Positions 1-9,725 of a DNA stretch of 18,213 nt are shown one piece after another. Source of the DNA: Centruroides vittatus (lineage: Eukaryota). Below the pieces are notes generated by a model that worked only from the letters and a program-made list of their open reading frames with translations, did no database searches and had not been told where the DNA came from. Numbering within the stretch: position 1 is the stretch's first letter; every line of letters begins with the position of its first letter. Both the position numbers and the translations under genes were made by a program. Location: contig NW_027122668.1 of assembly GCF_030686945.1 (NCBI RefSeq), positions 252,099-270,311 of the forward strand, in the 5' to 3' direction.

Positions 1-1184
1 TTTCTTTTATCTTGTGGCTGTTCATGTAACCTAGTGTTTTCTGTTTTATCTAATGGTCAATTGCTTGTAACTTTTTTTAAGCTGTTTACTTTTAAACTCG
101 TGGGATGGCAGTGGGGAAGGGCAGAGTGAAAAATTATGGAAGAATTATGATTTTTATCATCATTACATGTAATTTTTATTTGCATTAAAAATATTCTTGG
201 CTATGCAATTTAAAAAAAGTTATTCTGATTAGTTAATGGCCTGTCTAAAACACTTTCGGTTGTTTCCAGCAACTTAATGTAGAAGAAAGATGGCAATGCC
301 TTTTTGGATATCCATTGAACGTGATGATCACTAGTTAAAAGCAAAAAAAGTAATAACTTACTGACATTGAATTTGAAATATACTTAAAAAAAACACTAAA
401 ACAGTCATGAGCAACCTGCAATTCGTGAAGTTTTAATGCAAATCACAGGAATTTGGCAATATAATTTTATTTTCCTGTTTTCTGCCTTGTGGTATTTTGC
501 AACCGTAATTAAACTGATATTTGTGACAGAGAGCATTTAAACCAAACTTGAGAAATAAAAAGATGATGAGAAACTATATATCATTAGCATGTAAATTATT
601 ATTTTAGTATTGCTGTATATATTATATTACTGTATTTGATTTCATATACCCCTTGGTAAAACTACATCCGCACTTTTGTGCTCTTAGAGATCTTTTACTA
701 AGCGGCTTCAGTGCACAACGTAAACAGATATTAGAACTCTTGCATCTTATGTGTTATACCTTAGTTCTTCCAATTTAATGATGGTGCATGTTTACAAAAA
801 TGGGGTGTACCCATGGACAGCACCCTCTCAGGTCACCTCTGTGAATTGGTGGTGTGGCAGTTGGAGGGAAAAGTCATACCTGGGTTTTTATCGAATATTA
901 TTTTAGTACCTAGTGTACTGGCAATTATGATATATGATTGTACTCCATAAGAAAAACTGCATACAGAAGACTATGAAGTTTGCTTGCAGCTTGTGTCCAG
1001 AAAAGGTTGAATGCCATGTTACAACAATATACACTATGTCCTCTGTAGACTTATGACCTTGAGTATTTTATTCAATAGTTACTTAAACTTTAATGAAAGA
1101 AAATTAAGTTTAATTTATAAAATAAAATGTAATAAGTTCAATGTTTTCAACATCTCGCTTATGAATAATAACATCAAAGTAAAG

Positions 1185-1236
1185 CATGTGATAAAAAACT
1201 GTCATGTGATAAAAAAACTGTCACGTGAAAAAGTGT
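1185..1236. repeat. Short tandem repeat of three ~18-19-bp units: catgtgataaaaaactgt, catgtgataaaaaaactgt, cacgtgaaaaagtgt. The units contain CATGTG/CACGTG E-box-like cores.
   Basis: Direct reading shows three head-to-tail units with 1-2 substitutions each. Confidence 0.7.
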
Positions 1237-1677
1237 AAAAGTTTTTATAGGTATAAATTTATTTGAAGTTTTATATTTTTTTAATGAATTACATTACACT
1301 TTGAAATGATTCATTTAGAAGACAAATTATCCTACAGTGCAAAAACCTTTTAATAATAGAACATGCAACAGTATAGGTCATGTGACTGATCAAAATTCCT
1401 AAATTCATTAATAATTTTAGCATCCCAATAAGGTACATCCCAAATTATTATCAATATATGTTGTTTTTAATTATGTTTATTAAACAAATGAAATGCTCAA
1501 GTTGCATCTTCCATATACATATTTTTTTTAAATTAGCAGAAAGAAGTTTTACCCTGTCCCAAAAACTTATCAACTGTTTGTTAAAAATACTTTCTAGGAA
1601 AATATATGCATTCAGTTTGAATTTTTCTATTTATATTGTTCATGTGTAAGCGTATGAAAATATTTGACACATTTGAG

Positions 1678-1844
1678 CAGTGGCATAGCGAACATAACTT
1701 GTGCCCGGGGCATGACACTTTATTGGCATCCCTCTCTCCTCTCCAGAAACATATATAGTTTGTCTTGGAGACAATTTGGGCACCACTCATAGAGGGGCAT
1801 CCAGTGCATGATACACCCCCTTGCCCCCCCTCGCTACGCCACTG
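1678..1844. mobile_element. hAT-superfamily MITE (167 bp) with 14-bp TIR CAGTGGCATAGCGA/TCGCTACGCCACTG (13/14 matching) and a perfect 8-bp TSD CATTTGAG at 1670-1677 and 1845-1852.
   Basis: The TIR and the flanking 8-bp direct duplication were read directly. An 8-bp TSD plus a CAG(T/A)G terminus is the established hAT signature. The interior has a G/C-rich run (ccccccttgccccccc). Confidence 0.75.
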
Positions 1845-2021
1845 CATTTGAGCATTGAAACGTTGTTTGTTACTGTGGGTAAAAAATATGATTTAAGTGA
1901 TTATGAAAAAGACAGTTGAAAGCATTTTCTAAAGTGAAATAGCTCAAAGATTAAATAGAGCTAAAGTCAATAATAAGCACATTTTTCAGCGGAAAGGAGG
2001 TTCTACAGTAAAATCAAATTC

Positions 2022-2390
2022 TTGACAAAAAACAAACGTGACTGCTCGACAACAAAGGCATATATTTCAATTGGCAATAAAAAAAACCAATGTTCTGTAA
2101 GACAAATAACAGAACATTTGCCAGGTTGTGTTTCAAAATCAACTGTTGATTGCACTTTGTTGAAATCTGGAGAAGCTAAATTCAAAAGAGTGAAGAGAAG
2201 ACCTTCTCTTAAATCATACCGCAAGGAGGCTAGGCTCACCTGGGCCAAAAATCATATGATATGGGACAAGGAATGGACCAAAGTTATTTTCAGTGGGCAA
2301 AAGAAGTTTAATTTATACAAACCAGATGATTTTAAATATGTTTCTTATGCATGGAGGTGGTGCTATGAGAAAAAACAAGAGCAAAATTAG
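2022..2390 (+). pseudogene. Tc1/mariner (Tc1-like) transposase fragment covering the middle of the protein, from the helix-turn-helix region to the start of the DDE domain. It is truncated and decayed.
   Basis: The translation ...VSKSTVDCTLLKSGEAKFKRVKRRPSLKSYRKEARLTWAKNHMIWDKEWTKVIFSGQKKFNLYKPDDFKYVSYAWRW... matches the conserved Tc1 pattern ISxSTV...KKPLLS.K.K.ARL.FAK.H..W....W..V.FSDE.KFNL.G.DG...VWR. No catalytic DDE portion follows, and there are stops just upstream and downstream. Confidence 0.7.
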
Positions 2391-2789
2391 ATACCTATTC
2401 TACACCATTAAATACATCTTATTATTTATTTGTAGTGGTGTAAAGATGTTTTTATCACTTCTGTAGTGCACACGGCTAAAAATTATCTTCTAGCTTTTAA
2501 ATGTTCGGGATTTTAAAATAATTTAAACATATTGTTCGACACGCTCCATATTTGGATTGTACTGGTCAGAAGTCCGAGGAAGACCATGATTATAGTCAAA
2601 AATGTTAGTTTTAATTAAAATTTGTCATTACTGGGATATAATAAGGTTCTCGTGAGTTGATAAATCAAAAGGATATTCAATAAAAGTAGATTCAATTTCA
2701 TTAATTGTTACTTTGAATTCAATAAAATCATTAAATTTAATTCAAAATTATTATAATTACTAGCAGGTAGGCCCGGCGTTACTGGGGCA

Positions 2790-3650
2790 AAAGTAACGAT
2801 AGCGAAGATTAAGATTATTACGTTATAGTCACAAAAGAAAAAGAGTAATTTCATCAACGAACTAAGTATTTCTAAAGAAAGGTCAAATTTGAAAATCGAA
2901 TGTTCCAATATTGTTTGATTTTCACGACGTGTTCTGATTATATCCTTTGATTTTCATCGAATGTTCTAAAGAAGAAAGGTCGAGAAAAACCGAACTAATC
3001 TGTTTAAATTTGAAAATCGAATGTGTTCTAAAATATTACTTTTTTTCTTTTTTCTTTTTTTCCAGAGCCCGTAAATCTTGCACGTCGCTTTCTCTTGTTC
3101 TCCATTGTTACTTCACACTATCATCGTTACTTAACACTTTGGTACTTAAATTTGGTACCCTAACTGTGTACCAAATTTCAACTTTCAACTCCTAACCGTT
3201 TTAGCAAAAATTAAGATTATTATGTTACAGTCAACCTTACCCATTTTCACAGAATGCAAGAATTGGGTCTCCCCTTTTCAGATTAATTACATAATTTTTA
3301 GATGGGTCTAAAAATATATTCAATTTCCTGCAAAAATGAAAAAACCGCATCTGCGTCTTGCACATCGCTTTCTCTTAACAATTCCATTGTTACATAACAC
3401 TTCCATTGTTGACATTTCCATTGTTACTTGACACTTCCATTGTTACTTGACACTTCCATTGTTACTTGACACTTCCATTGTTGCCATTGTTACTTGACAC
3501 TTCCATTGTTGATGGAAGTGTTAAGCCTTAATCCTGTCCCTCTCCCCCGTGGAGAGGAATTTCGAAAAATCCCTTCTTAGTGTGCGTTCTTGTGACATAC
3601 CCTAACTGTGTACCAAATTTCAACTTTCAACTCCTAACCTTTTGGGCTCT
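2790..3650. repeat. Composite tandem repeat block of about three degenerate units. Shared unit starts (gcRaaRattaagattattaYgttaYagtc) are at ~2797 and ~3200. Shared unit ends (cttgcacRtcgctttctctt ... ccctaactgtgtaccaaatttcaactttcaactcctaacc) are at 3075-3196 and 3365-3641. A short sub-repeat ttgaaaatcgaatgttc occurs three times within 2888-3027.
   Basis: Copies were aligned by eye. The 40-bp block ccctaactgtgtaccaaatttcaactttcaactcctaacc is identical at 3149-3188 and 3600-3639. Confidence 0.6.
3384..3511. repeat. Minisatellite of about seven contiguous 19-bp units (ccattgttacttgacactt and variants). It is an expansion inside the second copy of the 2790-3650 repeat and ends in a perfect 11-bp-stem hairpin aacacttccat-tgttg-atggaagtgtt.
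   Basis: Units were read directly. The first copy of the parent repeat (3100-3135) has only about two units, so this is a copy-specific expansion. There are no spacers, so it is not CRISPR-like. Confidence 0.8.
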
Positions 3651-3659
3651 ATGCTGCTG

Positions 3660-3676
3660 ATTATTATTATTATTAT
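3660..3676. repeat. (TTA)n microsatellite on the plus strand, equivalent to a (TAA)n 3' tail on the minus strand of the adjacent LINE fragment.
   Basis: attattattattattat was read directly. Confidence 0.8.
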
Positions 3677-3763
3677 GTTGGGTTAAGTGAGATATACTCG
3701 GTTAACACCGGTGGCTGTGTACTATGCCGGACCAAAGTCAAGGCATAGTAACCAAAACAGAAA

Positions 3764-4578
3764 TTAAAGAAGTATATCAGTGTGTGTGTCTGTATTCAGG
3801 AATTTTCTCACAATATGACATGTATTCAATATAGTGGCCTTCTGTAGTGTGATGTATGTGTTTCTATTCAATTGTAATGTGCCCAGGCTTTTGTGTAGTG
3901 TGTGTGGTATGACACCTGTAGAGGAGAGAACAACAGGTACAATGAGCACCCTATCCATCCTCCACAGATGCCTTATTTCGTGGGCGAGTTCTGTGTACTT
4001 GCTAATTTTTTCAGTGCATGCGTTTTGTATATTGTGAGTGTTTGGAATGGATATGTCTATAATGTATGTGATTTTATTGTGTTTGTCAATGAGTGTGATG
4101 TCTGGTCTGTTGTGGTAAATTGTTTTATCTGTGATTATGGCTCTGTCGTAGTACATTTTGTGCGTGTTGTTTTCCAATACTGTCTGTGGAATGTATTTGT
4201 AGTATGGTTCGTGGATGTCTACTAATTTGTGTTTCTTTGCAAGCTCTTGGTGTATTATATTTGCTATTTGATTATGTCTGTGTAAATAATCTGTCTGTGC
4301 CAAGAGCTTGCAACCAGAGGTGATGTGTTGTATAGTTTCTGGCATGATGTGACATTTTCTGCATGTGTCATTTGTGAGTGTTGTATCTTTGAGTATGTGT
4401 TTTCTGTAGTTTTTAGTATTTATGACCTGATCCTGTATGGCGATCATGAATCCTTCCGTCTCCCCAAAGAGGCATCCCTGAGCTAACCAGCTGTTTGACG
4501 CAGTTTTGTCAACAAAATCCTGGGCCAGATCATAAGGATGCCTGCCATGGAGTGCCTTTCGAGCCCACGATTGCTTAA
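3764..4578 (-). pseudogene. 5'-truncated non-LTR retrotransposon (LINE) ORF2 C-terminal fragment. It comprises the 227-aa ORF plus about 44 further in-frame codons upstream, an ~87-bp 3' UTR and a (TAA)n tail.
   Basis: The translation contains the C-x2-C...ET..H....C zinc-knuckle-like motif (DTCRKCHIMPETIQHITSGCKLL...HRHNQIANIIHQEL), followed by ...HNRPDITLIDKHNKITYIIDISIPNTHNIQNACTEKISKYTELAHEIRHLWRMDRVLIVPVVLSSTGVIPHTLHKSLGTLQL.... Both are conserved in C-terminal regions of many invertebrate non-LTR ORF2 proteins. The reading frame stays open upstream to ~4578 (...WARKALHGRHPYDLAQDFVDKTASNSWLAQGCLFGETEGF-MIAIQ) and then runs into a poly-N tract translated from the (TTA)n microsatellite. 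Confidence 0.6.
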
Positions 4579-4580
4579 TG

Positions 4581-4622
4581 TTATTATTATTATTATTAAC
4601 TCGTCTTGATTATATATATATA
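4581..4622. repeat. (TTA)6 microsatellite at 4581-4598, immediately followed by a (TA)7 microsatellite at 4609-4622.
   Basis: Read directly. Confidence 0.8.
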
Positions 4623-4751
4623 GATTGGTTAATGTTAGTATAAAATAGCACTCTAACTGCCTACCTTTAGAAAAAAATTATTTTATAGTTTAATTTTATT
4701 TAAAAAATAACTGACTATTTTTACAAATTTAAAAAAAAATACTTAGAAAAG

Positions 4752-5184
4752 ACTAAAATGTTTTTTTTTTGCCATGTCCAATCACCAGAAACAGCAGTTC
4801 TCCATTGCAGAGACAACCTTTTAGGTTAATGTTACCCTTAGTGCCAAGATGGCGACTCATCTCTGATTCCAGCAAGGAAACAGTGGGATGCACGTTCTAA
4901 CCTAACCTAGCCTATTCTAATAAATTACCATAATTATCAGCAACCAAATTATTAGAATAGGTTAGGTTAGGTTAGAACGTGCATCCCACTGTTTCCTTGC
5001 TGGAATCAGAGACGAGTCGCCATCTTGGCATCAAGGGTAACATTAACTTTAAAAATATAATTTCACTTAAAAATGGCTGACATATTCACACAAAAAATTA
5101 CATAGAAGAAACTAAAATATCTCTGCAATGTAAGACTGTTGTTCCTGGTGATTGGATATGCTGAAAAAATGAAGACATTTTAGT
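4752..5184. repeat. Larger foldback with imperfect inverted arms at 4752-4813 and 5120-5184 (core ...actaaaatg...atccaatcaccagRaacaRcagtYYtMcattgcagaga). Its loop contains MITE copy 1 (4826-5046).
   Basis: The reverse complement of 5120-5184 aligns to 4752-4813 with about 85% identity by eye. Confidence 0.55.
4826..5046. mobile_element. MITE family A, copy 1. It is a 221-bp near-perfect hairpin with ~100-bp arms and a ~25-bp loop, and TTAA at both ends (4826-4829 and 5043-5046). Each arm carries three TTAGG/CCTAA units.
   Basis: Left arm gttaatgttacccttagtgccaagatggcgactcatctctgattccagcaaggaaacagtgggatgcacgttctaacctaacctag.... The right arm is its reverse complement. Two further copies lie at 6031-6251 and 13628-13848. 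Confidence 0.8.
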
Positions 5185-6030
5185 ATTTTCTACATATTTT
5201 TAAAAATTATTTTATATTAAATACTAATAGATAGGCAAGTAGATACTGTAGAGTGGGTTATATGAAAGTTTTATTTTCATTCTTGCAGTTTTCTGTCGGG
5301 TATGTGCCATTGCGGGTCATCCACCTGAAATAATGGTGCATTTTGAAGATTATGAATCAAGAGGTTCATGTTATATTTCAAGCAGGGTTAGACTTAATGA
5401 AAATTTTACTTGTTTATTGGCATTACAATATTTTAAAATGTCAAACTCTACTTCAAAAAAATAAAACTTTTGTCTTTTATAGTAATTTACATTATAAAAG
5501 AAATTATTTTTTTAATAAAATCTCTTAACAGATGGCATTCTATGTATTTTAACTTTGAGCTCCTACCTTGAAATTATCTTAGTGTTTTTAGTATTATTAT
5601 TTAAGTTTTACATAATAGTATAACTGACAATTATCAAACTTCCTTCCTGGTTCCATTAACTTCCAGTTCGAGAGCTTGGGAAGGTTGTGCAAGAACCTTG
5701 CCACCGTCTTTCCTAAAGTTTTGATCTCTATCACACTATTGACACCTATTACGGTGAAATGTCGGTAAAACGAAATTGAGGGGACCATCAAAATATTTTC
5801 CTTATATTGAAACACAATCAAAAATATAAGGATAAAAGAAATTTATTGATGATAAAAAAAATTGCTTACATTTTGAAGTAAGAAGGTTTTAAACATGCAA
5901 TTTGTCTATTAGTATTTATATGGAACAAAATTTTATATTGTTAGAACGTAAGTTATATTAAATTAGAATAAAAATTATTCTGTAATAAAAAATTATCAAA
6001 AAATACGAGCGAATGACTAAAATTAACAGG

Positions 6031-6251
6031 TTAATGTAACCCTTGGTGCCAAGATGGCGGCCCGTCTCTGATTCCAGCAAGGAAACAGTGAGACGCACGT
6101 TCTAACCTAACCTAGTCTATTCTAATAATTTGGTTGCTAATAATTATGGTAATTTATTAGAATAGGCTAGGTTAGGTTAGAACGTGCGTCCCACTGTTTC
6201 CTTGCTAGAATCAGAGACAAGCAGCCATCTTGGCACCAAGGGTTACATTAA
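6031..6251. mobile_element. MITE family A, copy 2. It has the same 221-bp hairpin with TTAA at 6031-6034 and 6248-6251.
   Basis: About 90% identical to copy 1 by eye. The arms contain ctaacctaacctag and ctaggttaggttag. Confidence 0.8.
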
Positions 6252-6599
6252 CCAAATAACAATATAGTAGTACCGATTAGTTGAAATCCTGCCTCTTCCA
6301 TTGTTGTTTCTGCTTGAAGCCATTATTTTCTGGTAAAAGAAGTCTAATTTTTGTGTGTTGTTTCTTTAATCAAGTTTTTTCGATGAAATCTAGTACTGTG
6401 ACAGCATCCGGTAGGCCATCGGGCACATCTTTTTGTTTAATTCCTTTTTGCATGTTATCTAATATTTTATTAGTCTCTTTCAAAGAAAATTGCTTTTGTT
6501 TGTTTTATTTTTCTCCATTTTTTCTCATAAACTTAAAAAGAAATAAACTGTAGAGTAATAACATTACAACGAAACCATAACTTAGGATTAAAATTAATA

Positions 6600-7021
6600 C
6601 AGGTATACCTCGACTTACGTCCCTCTCGTAACTCAAGGTCCTGAGTTTACGTCGTTTGTCAAAAAAGTATATAGAAAAATAAAAATCAAAGTTTAAGTCA
6701 TTTTATTCGACTTTAAATCCGTCCGCCACAAATATTGAAGTCGTAATATCACTAGAAAAGCGTTAAAAGCACATAAAATCATATTAAAATATGTACATTT
6801 ACAGTAAATGTTAATATAATCATCATAAATCCTAGAGAACGAAACATGAAAACATCTGTGTTTCTGTGTTGTCTTATTATTTAGCAGTCTTTAAGTGCTC
6901 ATTATTGGCGTTTAGTTATGACGTAAGTCGAAACTACGACTTACGTCGTAACTACACGAGTAAATTCGACTTACGTCGCCTCTCCTGGAACCAATTACCG
7001 ACGTAAGTCGAGGTATACCTG
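6600..7021. mobile_element. Tc1/mariner-type (Stowaway-like) MITE of 422 bp. Its ~22-bp TIR is CAGGTATACCTCGACTTACGTC, and TA is duplicated on both flanks (6598-6599 and 7022-7023). Four subterminal copies of GACTTACGTCG, in alternating orientation, lie at 6919-7010.
   Basis: The TIR and the flanking TA were read directly. Subterminal repeats gacgtaagtcg, cgacttacgtcg, cgacttacgtcg and gacgtaagtcg are present. A TA TSD together with a CAGG terminus is the established Tc1/mariner signature. Confidence 0.7.
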
Positions 7022-7630
7022 TATTGTGAGACTGTTTAACATAATATTCATCATTTACTAATAATGAATGATTTATGCATTTATAAATTTCATCGTAATG
7101 AAACTATTCGTTTGTAACGGGAAGAATTTGTATTAAGTTAAACTGAAATACTTGTTATAATGATATTTGTTAAACAGAAACATTTTTGCATTGAGCTTAA
7201 TAGGAAATTGGTCCTTTGCTTTTTAAATTTCTCTCAGGCTCTGTCTGAGAGGATTCACGCACAGTTCTATGCATTTTTTGCAGATCTAAATGAAAGCCCA
7301 TTCTCATTTGTAACAAAATCAAGTAACAGTTTTAATATCCAAGAAGATGAATGGGGAAGCCCAGTAGTAGTAGAGTTTAAGTGTAATTTTTCAATATGAC
7401 ATCTAAAAAGCAGAGAACTGTGTATTAAGGAGTTGGTTGATCGATATCTGGGAGGATTCTTAAATATTTTTCAGAATATATTTTTAATTTTAGGTATTAG
7501 TAGAATTTTACCAAACAGATGTAATGTGTACATGATACCTTAAACTCTTGTCAGGAACAGCCTTATGCTAGCAAAATATAAGTATTTTTAGTATTTTGTT
7601 GTAAAGAGGTAAACACTAATTTTAAAATAC

Positions 7631-7736
7631 TGTTGATCTAGTAATAGTCTCTTTAATCCGAAAAATATATTGACGGTAGACTGTCTCACAGTCTACATAT
7701 ATTTCTCGGATTAAAGAGACTATTACTAGATCAACA
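7631..7736. repeat. 106-bp hairpin with 40-bp arms (one mismatch) around a 26-bp loop that itself contains a smaller palindrome (gtagactgt-ctc-acagtctac).
   Basis: Left arm tgttgatctagtaatagtctctttaatccgaaaaatatat. Right arm atatatttctcggattaaagagactattactagatcaaca. Confidence 0.75.
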
Positions 7737-7853
7737 TATAATCCAGCTACCATAGGAAATTTAATTAAATACTATTGTTTAGGATATTGTTTCACAAAAA
7801 TTTAAATTAAAAGCTGACAATAGCACTTGCACGACTTTCCCAGAAAATTATTG

Positions 7854-7906
7854 AACTTCCTTCCTGGTCCTCTTAACCTCCTGTTAAGAGGACCAGGAAG
7901 GAAGTT
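7854..7906. repeat. 53-bp palindrome aacttccttcctggtcctcttaac-ctcc-tgttaagaggaccaggaaggaagtt. Its left half resembles 5636-5666 (aacttccttcctggttccattaacttcc).
   Basis: Read directly. A probable related copy lies at 5636. Confidence 0.65.
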
Positions 7907-9587
7907 TAATCATTTTCAAATATACAATAGAAAATTTTTAAATAATAATGGAAAATATTGATTATTTGATATATTGATACAACATTTTCCAATATCAGTA
8001 ATATCGAACATCAATAACAATATTAAATATTAAATTGCATACTTCTAGCCCTTCTGTTTACAAATATTAATTATTTTGTTACAATTATCCAATATACTAA
8101 TTTGTATAACAAACCAGTCAAAAAAATGTAAACTGATGATGGCATAATGCCGAAATGCATATTTATTAAGAGGCCGTAAATCTGAATAAGCCTTTTATTG
8201 TAAAAATAGTCGAGCATTGCATTTTAATGTTAAATAAAAACTAAAATTTGAAAATCTGTCTCCGCATATGATAAGCCTTAAAAAAACATTATAGGCCTAA
8301 AAGGATAATTGTAACAAAATAATTCATAATAATAATAAATAATTAAAGTATTTTCTTCCAATTAGTTTTTATATATTGCTGCGGCTCTGTTTTCCCACTG
8401 TGTCATTCATGGTGCAGGGGTTAGCGTCTTTACCTATCAGACGGAAGGTTTCCGGTTTTAACCTCTTTGATGTGGTTCTTTTTTTTTGTGTGTACGTTCT
8501 CCTGGTCTGAGAACACGTGTTAATTCGTTATCATTTACATATTTCAACCATGTCCGCACAGTATATAATCGCGAGCTCTCAGGTTGAGGGCAGTTATTAT
8601 CTAGCACTGCAAGCTGCAGTGATTGTACTGTGGTGTTCTATAAAAGTGAGGCAGTACGGTCCGCGAATGAAACGTACAGAAAGGACTCTGCAACGACTAC
8701 AATAATAGACAATGTCCCTTTATTCCACTTAGAACAAATAAGGTTTTTTTTTGATAAGGAATCCCAACTGACTTTTTTATGACTTACAAATTGAGGTGTT
8801 TCACACAGGGGACTCTGTCCCTAAACAAAGCACAATGGTGTGTTATTTTTCTAGCACGTAACAATCAGTTCCTCGTAATTGCGTGACTAACCTGACTTAA
8901 ATCTAGCTTAAATCTAACTTAATATTAAGGAAAAATAAGAAAGATAGGATAATGGGAAGGTAGAAGAAATGAAGGAATGATTCACCCGGAGTTTTCTCTT
9001 TCTTCGGCGGATACGTACTTTGTGTATGATCTGGGTTCGACGATAGTAGCTTTCTTCACTATCCTTTCTTCTCTCAATTATCGGGGTTCTCTAATATGCC
9101 GGTCTCTATATTTCGGTTCCTCACTAGACTATCGCCAACTTCTTTCCTCTCTCGGAAATCACGATTGAGCCTCTCTCTTTTCGTCCTTCTCTCTTCGTGT
9201 CTAGTCAAAAAGTGACTCCTCTCTTAGCCACTTTTTCCCCAGGCCACACTACCTGCTATTGTCCCTACCGATTCTCGGAACGGCTAATCCAGCCCCATGG
9301 CGATAACGGTCATCTTGGAAAGTTTAATAAGAAAGAATAGACAAAGGAAAAAAGAGGAAATTGCAAAAATAATATAGGATTATAACTATATACAATAAAA
9401 TATATATATACAATATGGCCGACGGTCACAGTACGTTCTCTGAGTGAGTAAACATCCCTTTGTGTTCCTAAAGACTGGTTGCCGTTTGTCTCTGCGACAA
9501 TATTTATCATGATAAATTCTGATTTAACTAGTTTTACATTAGTTTTTACATCTCTTTTAAATTAATTCATAGTCCTTTCTTATGTTT

Positions 9588-9657
9588 CCGGCATGGAAGT
9601 CAATGTAAAAACAAAAATACCTGATGCTGGTGTTTTTATATAGACTTCCATGCTGGC
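9588..9657. repeat. 70-bp imperfect hairpin with ~26-bp arms (ccggcatggaagtcaatgtaaaaaca / tgtttttatatagacttccatgctggc).
   Basis: Read directly. There are three mismatches. Confidence 0.6.
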
Positions 9658-9725
9658 AACATATGCAAGATCAGAGTGAATTAATTTAGAGAATAGTTCC
9701 AGTTTTAGTAATAATTTGATACTTA

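Noticed and set aside
1581-1847. An 88-aa minus-strand ORF (MQWRSEGGQGG...).
   Set aside because: It lies entirely within the hAT MITE and its TSD, and it reads through G/C-rich low-complexity sequence, so it does not code for a protein.
3384-3511. A possible CRISPR array, because of regularly repeated 19-bp units.
   Set aside because: The units are contiguous with no unique spacers and the genomic context is eukaryotic. This is a minisatellite expansion inside a tandem repeat.
3834-4225. Plus-strand ORFs of 67 and 107 aa.
   Set aside because: They lie antisense to the recognisable LINE ORF2 fragment on the minus strand, and they are Cys/Val-rich low-complexity sequence produced by a GT-rich strand.
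4826-5046. Calling the family A MITEs definitively piggyBac-derived.
   Set aside because: The TTAA at both ends is suggestive, but the termini (TGTTACCC) are not canonical piggyBac CCC-start TIRs, and TTAA could be part of the palindrome. I have left this as a hypothesis.
9040-9060. A tRNA gene, suggested by GGTTCGA-like B-box strings (tgggttcgacgata, and also 8405-8470).
   Set aside because: There is no A-box at the right spacing, no acceptor-stem complementarity, and no GGTTCGAATCC consensus. I cannot support any tRNA or SINE call.
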